Assembly: GCA_001244265.2 (NCBI GenBank)
Contig: CDLV01000019.1
Coordinates: forward strand, 558,001-622,000
Direction of reading: 5' to 3'
From: Microbotryum violaceum
Taxonomy: Eukaryota
Length of the DNA stretch: 64,000 nucleotides
The position numbers and the translations under genes are program-made. Shown here piece after piece: positions 11,620-27,080 of this stretch; within the stretch, counting starts at the first letter, position 1, and every line of letters begins with the position of its first letter. Under the pieces are notes generated by a model that worked only from the letters and a program-made list of their open reading frames with translations, ran no database searches and was not told the origin of the DNA.

Positions 11620-14600
11620 TCAAACCCCAAGAGCGGCCTTGGTCTTTCTCCTCGCCGCTTGCAACTCGGGTCGAACCATTTCGACAAAAATCGGCACCAG
11701 AGCAGGGACCAACTTCAATTCGGGCGGTTGGATCGGTCGACGCTTCCTCTTGCCCGGGTTCTTGATAGGGATCCGCTCGAGCATTGCCGTTTTGTAAGGG
11801 TTGTTCGAACGAGGGGGTGGAGCTAGAGCTAGTTCGATCGGTCGACGGGGCTCATCCTCATCTTCCGAGGTCGCATTCCCACCCTCTTCGAAATCTTCTT
11901 CATCGCTCGCTTCGGCCGTCACGTCCGCGACATCTCCCATCATACCACCGAGATGAAGGTTCTCCATCACACCCGTGACGAAAGCTGCATCGGCGTCGGC
12001 CTCCGTCTCTTTACCCTTGAGCATACGTTTTCTCAGTCGATCGTGGTGCGCCTTCTTGAGTTGGTGGTGGTACGCGACGATCGAATCAACTTCGGCCATC
12101 ATTGCTTGTCGCTCTTGGCTGCCGCCGGCGGGTAAGAGCGCTTCGAGCGAAATGGCGGACGGGAGACCGTCGCGCACAAAGTTGATGAACAGCTCAATGT
12201 ACTTCATCAAGTTGTCGAACAACCCTTCGCCCTTGCTGTGTACCTGGTGAACAAAGTGGTAGAACCTCGCCTCGTGGCGTCCTACGAGGTCGACAAAGAT
12301 TTGCACCGTCTGTTGTGGATCGGTGAGGTTCGCGTCTTCGGCGAATTCGACCGTCTTGATGAGATCGTTGAGGAACGTTTGCAGATCTGAAAGCGAATCG
12401 GCAATGTTGGCGGCTTTGTACACCTTGGCCAATGGCTCGTAAAAGATCGTGACGATATCCTTGAGCAACTCGGAGGTACTCCCCTGTGACAGCCAAAAAT
12501 TCGAGACATGTTAACAACCGTACGAGGCATCGTTAGTCGATCGACGACGAACTTACCTCAAAGATTAATTCGATCAACTGCTCCTTATCTCTCGCCTTGG
12601 TCAGAATCCTCAACAAGACATGGAGATCCTCGAAAAGCCAAGCATCGTCGTTATCGGGACCCTCGTCCTCGTCGGGATCGGTTAATTGATCGCGCTCATG
12701 CTTGTACTCCTCGTAAGCGACGCTCGCGCGTTGGACACGCTCGAACGTCGTTGCGTCCATGCGAGGTTCCTGGTCCGAGTGTAAGATAACGGACATCAAA
12801 TCGACGTTTTCGGCCTCTGCAAGCCAACAGAGAGGGGGGTTGAGGAACTTTTTTCGTCTGCAACACTTCGCAGCTCTCTTCCCGACTTACTCGCTTCAGC
12901 CCTGCACCGATCCTGATACTCTTTGGACGCATCAACAAAGCCCTCCACCTTGTCGCACAACACCTCGTCATCAATCTTGTGCGCGACCAAAGTCGCGTCG
13001 TCCTTCAACTCGCTAACTTCGTCGTTCAAGCCACTACTAAACATTTTTTGCAACAGACTGCTCGAACCGAAGGGGCGGGCGAGGAAAAGGTCCAGCACGG
13101 CTCGGACCATTGCGATGGGGTTGGAGATTTTGAGGATACCTCGGAGCATGAAGTAGGGCATCATGCCGTGGATGCGCTTTAGTTGCATAAAGATTGAAGA
13201 CGAGTTGTCGGAACCAAGGAAGAGTTGGTAGATTGTCGATGCAAGGCTGTAGCCGTACCGAAAACCCCTATCAGTAATATGATCCCACCCACTTTACGCA
13301 CCTTGATGCGACAACGAGCGACTCACGAGATTCTAGCCCACTCCAAAACCTTCCTATACTCGACAGGAAGGTTCTCGACCTTCTCCGTCCGCCGAATCGT
13401 CGCAAACACCCTCGACAACCCATCACTCTGCACCAAGTGTTCCCTGAACGTCCGAAGGTATGCCTCCAATTCGGCGACACGTTCATCGACTTCGGATCGA
13501 AAGCTACTCGCTTCTTCTTCACGAATTCGATCCATTACTTCCCTCAATTCGACGTCCCGCATCTCCATCGAGGTCAAATCGATGGGTGATTCGACAAGGA
13601 AGGACTGGAATGCCCCGGTCGCTGCCAAGACCGGGTTGTTAAGCAAGGAGCGAAGGTAGGCTCGAAGAGTCAATCGGTTACGCTCTCGGGCCAAGGAAGG
13701 CATATTGCGCAAATTGACCGGCGCGCTCATGTGCGCAGACGACGATTCGTCGATTGATTGTCGTGGCGAGTTATTGCTCGGTGGTGTTCCTCCTCCTCCT
13801 CCTGGTTTCAGTTCCGTCTTGCGACGATCCTTGTTGGGTGGGGAAGCGACGTCTTGCTCGATGCACTCGATGCGGAGCTGCAAGAAAACGGATCCATATC
13901 TGTTGATCAGCATCTCGCTACCTATGCCACCACTCGCTGAATGAAACATACCGTATCAGCCAACCTGACGAAATCTCCATACCTCCGGGCGACATAGACA
14001 TCCTTGTGACCCTTTTGCCTCGTCCGAATGATGAATTCTTCGTGCGTTTTGTTCCTGACCCTACCCTTGACGACCGAATTGCGTACAGAAACAATATTGA
14101 TCGAAAATGCCGCCTCGGGAGGAGGTTTGACCGAAGCCTGAGCCTTGTTCGCCTTTGACGGAGTGCCAAACTTGGGTGCTTGACTGGCAGGAACGGCGGT
14201 CTGCATCGATCCGTCGTCCTCGATTCGGACGACCTCTTCTTTGCCGTCGTTTTCGACGAGCTTGATCGCGGCGCTCATGATGAGCCCTAAATGCTTCTCG
14301 ATCTTGTTTTGCACCTTGCGACGACTGGTCACTTCGGCTCTCTCGTCCGAACCAGAGATGTTGCGCGAGACGAACGAGTAGACGAACGGTTGCAATTTGT
14401 GGCTGAAGAAGGTTGGCGGACACTTGGCGAGGAAGGGGAAGGTGAGAACGAATTGGTGAAAGACGAAGCGGAGGAAGGGTAGATCGACCGTCTCTTCTTC
14501 GGTCTTGTTCTTCAGCGACAAAGCCTCCATCGATCCAGGTTTGGGTTCGGGAAGCGGGACGCCATTCTTGAAGCGCGACTCGGGGAGGAAGGGGTGTCCG

Positions 14601-15043
14601 AGCAACGAGACGGCGCTAGGCGAGCCGAACGCCTCCAGTTCGGAAGCAAAGCCGAGCGTGACGAGTTCGCGTTTGAGATAGTGCGCTCGCAGAGGTGTCA
14701 ATGCCATGGGATTGTGGGAAGGGGCTACGAATGGACAGGATGTATACGCGAGGTCAGCTCAGACCTAGAAGGGTTTAAAGGGCTATCCCCTGCGCGGTGT
14801 CTCACCCTCTATGCTGTTCGTGACGGAAGGCGAGTAGATGCCCAGCTCGGAAATGAAGGAACTCGTGCGGATCAGAGTTGGTTGCCTGGTAGATGTGGTG
14901 TTGAGATTGTTGGCGGCGGCAAAGTAAGGGTTGCTTGTTGGCGTTGACGAGCTCAAGGGGTGTGCAGCGGCTGCGACGGGGGCAGGTGAGGCACTCTTTG
15001 ATGTGGGCACGTATTGCTTATAGGGGTTGTTGGAGGCGGCCAT
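11620..15043 (-). CDS. PX-domain protein with PX-associated N-terminal and DUF3818-like C-terminal regions (yeast YPR097W/LEC1-like)
   Basis: LTPLRAHYLKREL, VARRYGDFVRL (PX), LARERNRLTLRAYLRSLL, LKRIHGMMPY, DIVTIFYEPLAKVYKAAN. First exon MAASNNPY from 15043 splices in frame into the 14707 ORF. Confidence 0.82.
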
Positions 15044-15893
15044 GATGTTCAAATGTGATGAAAACCTGGGTGAAGACATCCCGTTGATCAGCACTGCACT
15101 GTGGCCCCTGTCCTTGTGTCGATATCGGGCTATTACCCCGTCGCAGCTTGTGCGTGGGACATTCACTCTATGAGCTCTATGACTGAATGGTTTTCCTTCT
15201 GTTAATTGTAGTGCGCACGAGTTCACGCTGCCCTATTCGGCAAAGGAAACCGGTGCGACGAACGAAGATCGATGACGATGACGACGACAGCCGATTGCCC
15301 GCTCGTTTCCGCGAACGATCCGCCCTGATGTTCAAGATCGCAAAGGACCACTAGCCGATTCCAACAGAAAACGAATACGCTGTGTGTGTAGTTGACGAAC
15401 CGAGGGAAGCGCTGATCGGTGTGCGTGTTTGTTCTATGCGCCAGGGGGTGAAAAAGTGAGAGAGCAGAAGCGAGCTCGGCCGTCGTCCTCCGAGCACCAA
15501 GATTCCCGATGACGAAATGGCCGACATTATTATTAGCTCCGAGTTGGGCTCATCATATTCTGTGGGCATACTGTTCTGGCACCTGATGGCGCACTCAGTA
15601 GTCACAGTTCCGCTGATATTCAACACCACAAATCGTACATGAAGGTGGAACTCGTTCCCCTCGTAGAGCTTTCTCGCACCGATCGCTCCCCGCGGTAGAT
15701 CGGGCAATCACCGAGCAAGCGCTTTCCGATGGAGCCGTTCACACCAACTCGTCACCAGTTTCCACACTGCGAGTGGAGCAAGCAACTTTTACGTCTTTTT
15801 CAATTATTATCATTTCACAACCTCGAACAAAAGGAAAAAAGACAAACACATAAAGCACTTCATTCAAACGGATAGGCTCGTTCTGCTTTGCTC

Positions 15894-17742
15894 TTAAAAA
15901 GCTTGCCCCGGTATGACGGGGTGTGAAGACGACAGACCACCGTCGACGGGCAGGTGGATGCCATTGACCTGTTATCTCAGAAGGAAGGGATGGGGAACGT
16001 CAGTGTGAAAATCATGGCGGAGAGCAGCTCAAGACCTCTTTCGAGACTCACATAGGACGAGTCGTCTGTAGGCAAGGTCAATATGGTCAGCATTACAGCT
16101 ATGCAACCGCCTCCGAGGACAGACGCCAACTCACCGGAAGCAAGGAACAAGACGGCCTGCGCAATTTCCTCGGCAACACCGAACCTGAGATGCGAGGTAA
16201 ATACATCAACATCAACAACCTCTCTTGTCGACCACCGATGTCTCCCTCAATCGGGACTCACCGGCGAAGAGGGTTCAGCTGCCCAACTTTGCCGAGCGTG
16301 CCGCGCTCCTTTGCTCGCTCAAAACTGTGCACACAGTTATATGGAAAATAAGCTCTGGTGACCTTAATGTAGTTGGGAATCACACCTAACTCACGTGTAG
16401 GTCGTCATTCCCGTCTCGATCAAGCCGGGGCAGATCGCGTTCTGTCGCGCGAGTGTAGAAACCAATGCTCCTGATCAGCCAAATACTTCAACCGCACGCA
16501 AAACATCGAAGCGACCTACGACGCGGATATTGGTACCGAACAAGCCATTGGCACAAGTATTGGCCATGTTGATGACACCCGCTTTGGATGCGCTGAAAGG
16601 GGCACAGGCCAGATTATTCGGTTGATCAGTTTCAAGACCGCGAAGCTATCTCTACGTCCCTAATAACCTCACGAGTAGTCGATCGGTCCAGCACCACTTC
16701 TAATACCAGCCACTGTACGTTGAAACTACTCGATCAGGGAATCGTCCGGACCGAATACCTCCGGTCATTGCTCCGATCAAGATTTGCGAACGTACCGGAA
16801 GCGGTCAAGATGATGCTTCCGCCGGTCTCGGTCTTGCCCGAGTCCTTCTGGACGACCTTCATCGCTTCCGAAGCATGCTTGACCGCCAAAAAGCAACTGC
16901 GGGGACGATAAAGACATCTATGGATCAGTCATGGTCTCTTGTCTTGGCAATGACCCCCGAAAGGGCTCGGAAAATCTTGCTCAAGGCGCAGAACCCTTTA
17001 CCCATAGTTCAGTCCGAAAGCCTCACCTTAAGGTGTTGACCCTGAAGACCTCCATAAACTCCGAAGGTTCGGTGTGTTGCAATAGATTGGCCCCCACGAT
17101 TCCGGCATTCGCAAAGAAGCAATCGAGACGGCCTTCCTCCCTGATCGCTTGTTCGCAAACGCTCGAAATGGCGTCTTCGTTCGCGGCGTCGGCTTCGATA
17201 GGCGTTACCTGGGAAATTCATGGTGATTAGTCGTCGCATGTGGCACGGAGAAAGAGTTGACTGCGACCGACCTTGAGCCCCTTGTAGCGAGCTTCGAGGT
17301 CTTTGGCCAACTGAGGCAACGACGAAGCGTTAAAGTCCATCACATAGAGGTGCTTGGCACCTGCGAATTCGTTCCGAGTACTTAGCATCTTCTCCAATCC
17401 ACGTCATGTGCATCAGGCTTCCTATTCGTCTCTCGCAGGCTCCGTGACCGCGAAAGCTTCCCCGCGCATTCCCTCCCCACAACACCCACCCGACCCATCA
17501 CCCACCCACCCCACATCACTGCCCAGCACCCAGGAAGTCAACTCACCTTCCCTAGCCAACAGCACGGCCGAAGCCCTCCCAATCCCCTTTTCCGACCCTA
17601 CACCCGTCAAGATCGCAACCTTGCCCTTGAACCGACCCGATCCCGGAGTCGAGTGAAAGTGTTCTTGAATCTTGGCCAAGCGTGCGAGCGTACGCGCTTG
17701 CGCAGCTTGCAATTCGGGGGACACTTGTTTGGAGGAAGACAT
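15894..17742 (-). CDS. Short-chain dehydrogenase/reductase (SDR), many introns
   Basis: KVAILTGVGSEKGIG (Rossmann), FFANAGI, GSIILTAS, YSASK (split by an intron), NAICPGLIETGM, ALFLAS, VNGIHLPVDGG. Confidence 0.9.
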
Positions 17743-17786
17743 GCTGGATGATTGGAGATGGGTGAGGTGAGGAATGTTGGGAGTTT

Positions 17787-19052
17787 TTGGGGGAGAGGCG
17801 AGGTGGGTTGGGGGTGTGGAGAGGTGCCGGGAAGCTGGAACGAAGGCTGACACTTTCGGCGAGTGGGAATACCGGGCTGAGAGCGATCCGGAATAGCCGG
17901 TTGCGTAATTCGACCCTGCTCAGCTCAGACTCACTCTTGGCGGGCTCCGCTGAGCACGACGGCGAGGACGACGATCGCGGCGCGCGCGTCGACCTCCGCG
18001 TTGTCGTCCTCGGCTGGCCAGACTTCCTCGCCGCTCGCATCGGAGACAGACCCGATCGCTCCAAGCAACGAAGCCTACGACTCTTCCCACTTGAGAAACT
18101 CGCTTCCCGGCCCCGGATCTCCTTCTTCGTCGAACCCAGGCTATTCGCGTGCTTGTCGACGCCGATCTCCGCCAGGGCGGTTCCCAGCGCCGGAGAGCGA
18201 GCCATTGCGAGGGCCGACAGGACTGCGAACGCGATGGAAGGGAAGGAGTACTTCAGCCAAGGGCTGTGCGATTATTTCTTCGGCAACCCGACCGCTTGGG
18301 AGGTCAGGAACAAGGTGTGGCCCAAGAGCTTCGCGATCGGCACCGAAGAGGCGATAGAGGAGGTCATAGCAGCCGTGAACAAGATCGTGAGTCAGGAGGG
18401 CGGAGTCGGTTGGCTGTATTCGTGTTTCTGGTGCAAAGGTCTGACTTGCGCTGCGCTGTGCTCCTCGCAGACCGGCGACAACCGACTCGTCGCGTGCAAG
18501 AACTCGCTCAACTATGTCGGCGTTGCCCCCGACCGTATCGAAACGACGGAGAAGACGGCCGACGTCGTTCTGCTCACCCGCGCTTCCATCAAGCACGACC
18601 CAACGCTTTCAACCATATGGGCTCTGCCCAAGCATGCTCGACCGGACGCCAAGGACGAAGGCAAAAACGGCAAGGGCAAGGGCAAGGACAAGGACAAGGA
18701 CAAGGACAAGGACAAGGACAAGGACAAGGACAAGGACAAGGACAAGGACAAGGACAAGGGCAAGGACAAGGGCAAGGCCACGGCTGTCGGCAAGGGCAAG
18801 GACGATGGCGAGATGGAGGAGGACGATATCGACGCGCTCGTTCGAACGCTCGTCCACGTTGCCGCCGTCGGCGAGGCGAGAGGTGGCGACGCCGACGCGA
18901 GAAAACAGCTCCTACGACGACTGTCCGCCTTATTAGCTACTCCGATCCGAGAGTTTGCTATCGGCTTCACTTTGCGGCACAACCGACTCAAGGTTCACCT
19001 ACTGAACGCATGTGGTCTGTTTCACACCAAGCTGGTTCCGAGTCCAAATTGA
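17787..19052 (+). pseudogene. Truncated fragment resembling the N-terminal half of fungal-type (FunK1/Pkinase_fungal) kinases; kinase domain absent
   Basis: KTADVVLL...AVGEAR...ARKQLLRRLSALLATPIREFAIGFTLRHNRLKVHLLNACG matches by eye the FunK1 pattern (PD...GELK...QLA.Y...QP.RRFV.GFTL...MRLW.FDRSG). In-frame 84-nt intron 18387-18470. No convincing start; stop follows the motif. Confidence 0.5.
18669..18776 (+). repeat. G(A/G)CAAG x18 hexamer tandem repeat encoding (GK)3(DK)12GKDKGK
   Basis: Directly visible, 108 bp. Confidence 0.95.
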
Positions 19053-21064
19053 AGGATCAAACGGTGTAATTCGCAGGCGAAGAAAAACTACTAAAAGGAG
19101 GACTAAGGTCAGGAGACGCTGCGGCGCCGTGCGCGAAGGCAAGCGTGACGCCGCTGAGATTGGCTTGAGGTCGTCGTGAGGCGTAGGCGGAGCGACGCCT
19201 TACAGGGGGGGTTAAGAACTCGGCATCATTTGTGCACTTTCCGACGCGGATGCAATGCTAGTATTGTTCCGAGTCTATCTTGTGGGTGACTTCTGTGTCG
19301 CTCCCCAGCAATCGACGCCGCGAGGTGATCGGTGCAGGGGACCAGGTGTACCCGGGGAGACGACCCGGGGTGAGTCTTAGTCTTTCGTCTCGTTCTTTGG
19401 CCAAAGCGGCAAGATGTGAGACACCCAGTCAGAGTCTACACTGGAGCGACAACAAGAAGATCACAGGGCCAAAGTATGGGATGTCACGGGACACTCTACC
19501 TCAGTCGCTGCTATGACAATGCCTTCTAACCCTGGTGGAGTGCGATGTCGCGGGGCGGCGGGCGAACGGTTCCACTGAGTGTTCCATGTTCGATCTGAAC
19601 TCCATCTTCGCCGGGTGCTTCTCCCTGTGATGTTCACCATACGTGGCGACGAGGCTCCTAATGCACTTACACTGATGAACGAAGATGAACTTGGACGTAC
19701 GCAGGAATTCGAGATGCAGAAACACCTTCGCAGGACCAAAGCGCGTCTCGAAGGCGAACGCAGGGCCCAAGGTCTTGCCGAAGGCTGCTCAAGGTAGGCT
19801 AAAATGCGGTCGACCCAGGGGAAACTATCAATATCTGCAAAGGTGCTTCACTTGTAGAATGTGAGTCAATCTTCTGCGAGGCGCCTCGACGAATTCGAGG
19901 ATTTTGGATCCTCAGAATGTCAAAAAAGAGAAAGCCGGCTGCTGCGACGAGGTGCATTTGGTGCTGCGCGGTCGGAGCTCACTGCGGGCGTGTAACGTGA
20001 GGCGCGACGCTGGTCAGTGTTCGTGAAAAACTCGAGTGGAGTGTTCACTGCCCACTGCAGGCAAGACAGCGCGGCAGTATCCAGAACTGTGACTGAGCGG
20101 ATGATCCGAGGGAGGCTCGGCATATAGTTCGACCTCGTGAGCAAGCCCTTGCAAGCTGATGTTCTTTGATTTCGGTTCGCGTTCGAGTTGAGTTCTATTT
20201 TGAAGATTATGAAAGAGAGACGCGAGGTCATGAAACAAGACACATTCGAATAGGGGTCAACCGTTGATCGGCACGGAGGCTCTTCCGAGCCCCGAGCTCC
20301 GTGCCGAGGGAAAGTACATAGAGTGACTAGAATTGACCGATCGAACTAGCCCTACACTTACAGAAGGGCAGAGGTTCCCTCGCCCCAGACTCCACCGAGA
20401 GAGCTGTTCAGCTCGTTCCTTCAGCCGCGGTTCTGCATTGGCTTTACCTCCGAGCTAAGTGGAAGAGGTACTTGACCTCTACCGCTGGGCATCGCTCGTC
20501 GATTGACTGGCCAGTTTCTTGGTGGTGGAGGCCGTGCGCCTTCTGCGAGCGCTTTTTTTTGATCTCTTCTCCAACATCATCCTCATTCTGAATCCCTGAA
20601 CTCGTACTCAACCCTGAATTCGGGGGCTAGGGTTCGATAGGGCAGGCCTCACTAGCTGGCCCTGCCTTGATGTTGAATTTGGTCAAGATCGTCCTTCAAG
20701 TATAAGAGCCCACTTCGAGTGTTCAGCACGGGTGCATCTGCGAAGCTCATCTATACCCAGTACAAGGGAACAGCAAGAAGTCGTGTGTGATATTACTGCA
20801 TGATGGGTCTCGGATGTTTCGCGCATTCGAGAAATTTAAAGCACCAAAAATAATGAGAGTGAAGACAGTTTTGTGTTTGCACTGATAATGCCAACTGAGC
20901 GCGCACGGTCGCTAAATAACAAAAATATGAGGCTGTGTCCATAATGTAGTGATTTCATTGAAAGAGTCTAGGCGAGAAACAAAAAGAAGGGCTACAGTTG
21001 GGCGAACGTATGAGTGAGCTGAGAGCGACGAGAGAACCGAAAAGCCGAAGATCCTCAAAGGCGT

Positions 21065-22216
21065 CTAGGCGAGCATTGTCAAAACGACGGCGAGGAGACC
21101 GGTCATCGACCCAACACTCATAAGGGAGGCCCCCCGACCAGCAGAGGAATTGGGCCCTGTCGTCGTCGTCGCCGCCGCCGCCGTGGAAGTGATCAAATCG
21201 GCGCTCGTAGTTGTGACCGAAGCCGCGGCAGCCGCAGCAGCAGGCGTAGTCGCCGCCGCCGGTGCCGTCGCCAGCGGTGCCGTCGCCGCGGGTGCCATTG
21301 TCGTCGCTTTCGAAGCCGCACCAGCCGCACTAGCCGCACCAGCTTTGGTCGTCCCCGATCCCGACTTGGACTTGGCCGTTCCATCCGCCTTCTTTGTCGC
21401 CGACCCCTTGGAGTCAGCCTTCTTGGTCTCCGAAGCGCGGGGTTTGCTACCGCCACTAGCCGTGGTTGTCTTCGCCGCGTTGACCTTGTTCCTCGACGCC
21501 TTCTCAACCTGTTCGACCTTCTCCCTCTTAAATTTGGCCTTGAGCGCCAACTTATTTTTGATATGCGAAGACTTGGAACCGGCCCTCTTATTCTTCCTGT
21601 TCTCCCGACCCTTCATCGTTTCCCGTCGAGGCAAGGACCTCTTCTTCCGCACATCGCTCTTCTTGGCCGAAGAAGAGACGGTCGTACGACGCTTAATGGG
21701 GAGTTGATCATCTTGACGTTTCTTGGGGGTCACGACGTCAAGTTTGCGCGAGAGGATCGACGCGGTCGCATCTTGGCTTTCTTGGACGACGCGAATCACT
21801 TTCGGCGATTTGGATAGATTCATCGCGAGTAGGGCGGGCGTTGTGCTTTGAGGAGAGGGGTTCGCGTCTGGAAATAGGTAGGGTTGGAAGTGATGGGCCA
21901 TGGGGGGTAGAGCGGAGGTCAGTAAAAGATGACAACATTGTGAAATCGAACGTTCGCGAGGCATGGTGGTAGCATTTCGCCGCCCGAACAACACCTTGTC
22001 ACCCGAACCAAGGGGCGAAAACGGGGGTAGTGGCGAGCGCGCGGCGGCGCACGCGTGTTGCTTCAACGGACTCCGGCTGCACCGCCGCACGTCCTTTGCT
22101 GAGCGCCGAAATCGTGAAAGCGCCACCAAACACTCACCTAATGATGTTACGCAAGAAGCGAGCATGACCAAGGTCGTCAAAGCGGACCAACGAGATGTCG
22201 AAGTGGGAAGCAGCAT
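21065..22216 (-). CDS. Secreted, probably GPI-anchored Lys-rich and Ala/Thr-rich protein
   Basis: Signal-like MLLPTSTSRWSALTTLVMLASCVTSL; in-frame intron 21868-22137; basic region with many KR sites; Ala/Thr stalk; C-terminal NSSAG plus hydrophobic tail GLLAVVLTMLA. Confidence 0.7.
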   Translation of the reverse strand: MLLPTSTSRWSALTTLVMLASCVTSLGECLVALSRFRRSAKDVRRCSRSPLKQHACAAARSPLPPFSPLGSGDKVLFGRRNATTMPRERSISQCCHLLLTSALPPMAHHFQPYLFPDANPSPQSTTPALLAMNLSKSPKVIRVVQESQDATASILSRKLDVVTPKKRQDDQLPIKRRTTVSSSAKKSDVRKKRSLPRRETMKGRENRKNKRAGSKSSHIKNKLALKAKFKREKVEQVEKASRNKVNAAKTTTASGGSKPRASETKKADSKGSATKKADGTAKSKSGSGTTKAGAASAAGAASKATTMAPAATAPLATAPAAATTPAAAAAAASVTTTSADLITSTAAAATTTTGPNSSAGRGASLMSVGSMTGLLAVVLTMLA

Positions 22217-22990
22217 CTTGTGGTAGGCTTGAGGTGAGTTTGCGGTGAGGTGATTGGGAAAAAAAGGGGTCAAGTGATGAGCGGCTAACGAGAAGTCAAG
22301 GGAGAAAGGGGAGGTTGGGACGGGGGTGGGTGCTAGAGGATGTTTGAGCGGTGTATTCGTATAGGACGATGTAGTTGATCAAAGACACCAAGTGGTTGGA
22401 ATCGAGGGCGGAAGAATGAGGCGAAGCAAGACGTTGGCAGATGAGGGCAGGAAAAGAAAGGGAGAGACGAAAAGCCGGTGGGTGGTCGAGCTGGCACCTC
22501 TGCAACGAGCTGCAACGTCTCGCCAACCGCAGTCGCGCGCGCGCCTGCGCGTTGATAGTCTCACGCGACGCGACGTGGTTCGCTGTGGCCTCTAATTTGT
22601 CGAGTCGCGCGTTGGCTCAATGCCCGACCTACGACTCTATTCGTGCGGTGTTGTCGTTGCGTGATCTAGACTTGTGGACTCTAGTTAAATTAAGCGTGGC
22701 TCCCTTCGACGGACGTGTGATCTACAAATTATAGCTCTAAATAGACCGCGTCTGCACTTTTCGCTTCGTTGATTCGCTGAACGTGATCGACTCAAAAGAC
22801 TCGAATTGCACGTGATTTTAGTGAGTAGGTTTTGGGGCGCCACGGAAAAGAAATAGAGGATAAAACCTCAAAGGTCTGCGGTGAAGGAGGAAATAGCAAG
22901 GATAATATGCGCGGATAGGACATTATAAACGAACGGAGAGCTAGAAGTGACGAAGTTTTGTCAGTGGGTTTGGGTTCTCTAGATTCGGCA

Positions 22991-25580
<2,590 letters not shown>

Positions 25581-26144
25581 CAAAATCCAAAGTGGTGCGA
25601 CGCGCCGGACAAGCTCCGAGTCCGAGCTGGCACTTTCGAGTTGAGCTGCTGCTGCTGCTGTGAAGGGATCTTGAGGCCAAAGAAGCGCTCAAAGACCTCG
25701 AGATAATGTCGCAGACGATGAAGCCAGTTAGAGAGAGAGAGAGGCGTGAGGAGTGGCGTCGGGATGTCTCGGGATGTCAAGAAGAAAGATTCGAGTCGTT
25801 CGACTCTCGCTCGCTAGAAAGAGGAGGCGCCTTTGCCGAATGAAAGCGCGTGCGGCAGGGCGTCGCGTCGCGTCGCACCGGTACGACCGGGCCGAACCGA
25901 CTCGGAGTTTCTCACTAAAGTCAAAACCAGTGCCGGTTTTAATTTTCTGTTCTTTTTCCGTCGAGTGAGGTAGCCTCAAATTATAGATCGCTGCGATTGA
26001 TGTCGAAGTATAGCATGTACTCGTTCTCGCATTAGTAATGCTCATGCGTGGAGGGTGGGTGGCGCCCGAACCCACGCCGAGCCGAGTGCGCCAGTTGCGA
26101 CTCTCGTCGTCTTACATCCGCTATTCCTCCAAGTAAGCTCCAGG

Positions 26145-26721
26145 ATGGTCCCCGATACAGCTCATGAGATCGAAATCCTCAAGGCAAGTCTGGCTCCGGA
26201 CTGATCAGTCTTGAACCCTCCCGCGCTCCGCTGCACGGGCACACTGCAACGGGTGCACAATTCAAGCCCCACCTTCATCTCGCTGACACGATCACAAAAT
26301 GTACTCTTGGGTGCATATAGGACGCGATCAAAAGCTACGGCACAACCGACAGTTCGGGGCAACCGAGTTGCGGTTACGGGATCTTGTTCGACAAGACGGC
26401 CAACACACGTACGTTAACCGCCTTGGCTCGATCTGGAAAGACGAGGTCGAGACGGGGTGCATTAGGGACTTGAGTGATTAAGATCGGGTTTGTATGAAAT
26501 AGTGGAGGCGCTGAATGGGACGTTGCGATCGGCCAAGAGGCAGAAAAAGGTAAGGTCCCAACGTGGCTTCATGTTTCAGGCGATGTGGGGGGAGCGGGGG
26601 GTCGCGTTGGACTGATAGGTGCCCGCCCCACTCTCCTCCGAGTCAGGTCGCTTTCGATGCCGAGCTGTTGATGATGCCCAAGGACAAGGATGTACAAGTC
26701 GTTTGGATAGGGCCAGAGTAG
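26145..26721 (+). CDS. Costars/ABRACL-family small protein (82 aa, 4 exons), not in the ORF track
   Basis: Exons 26145-26183, 26321-26408, 26503-26549, 26647-26721 give MVPDTAHEIEILKDAIKSYGTTDSSGQPSCGYGILFDKTANTLEALNGTLRSAKRQKKVAFDAELLMMPKDKDVQVVWIGPE, matching the Costars pattern HEI..L...I...G...FG.LF...AN..EAL.GTL..AK..K.V.F.GELL. Intron 1 is GC-AG. Confidence 0.9.
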
Positions 26722-27080
26722 TTACGCAGGTCAAACCAGAGTCGAATGGGGTTGAACGGCAAGACCGTTGGGGTGAGCGTGAGAATGCGAACGGGCGCGT
26801 TTTCCGTCGTCGACGATGGCTTGGAAAGAGTGGCAATAATGTCGTGACTTGCGTAATTTGCTGTATTACGTGTACCCCAATTGAAACGACAAAATTCGTT
26901 TAGACCTCTCTGGAAACGAAGAGTAGTACTATTCCGGGAAGAGGATGGGCCAAAATTAGTCATGCACGGCGATCTGCCATCGTTACGTGTGTACGCGTTG
27001 TCGGGGGTGAGTTGCCTTTTCGACGCTCTCCCCCAAACTACCCACTGGCATCGGGGTTCCACCTCGCCGGCTCATCCAGG

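Noticed and set aside
19280-20700. Short coding-like ORFs on both strands
   Set aside because: No recognisable domain or consistent splice model; left unannotated.
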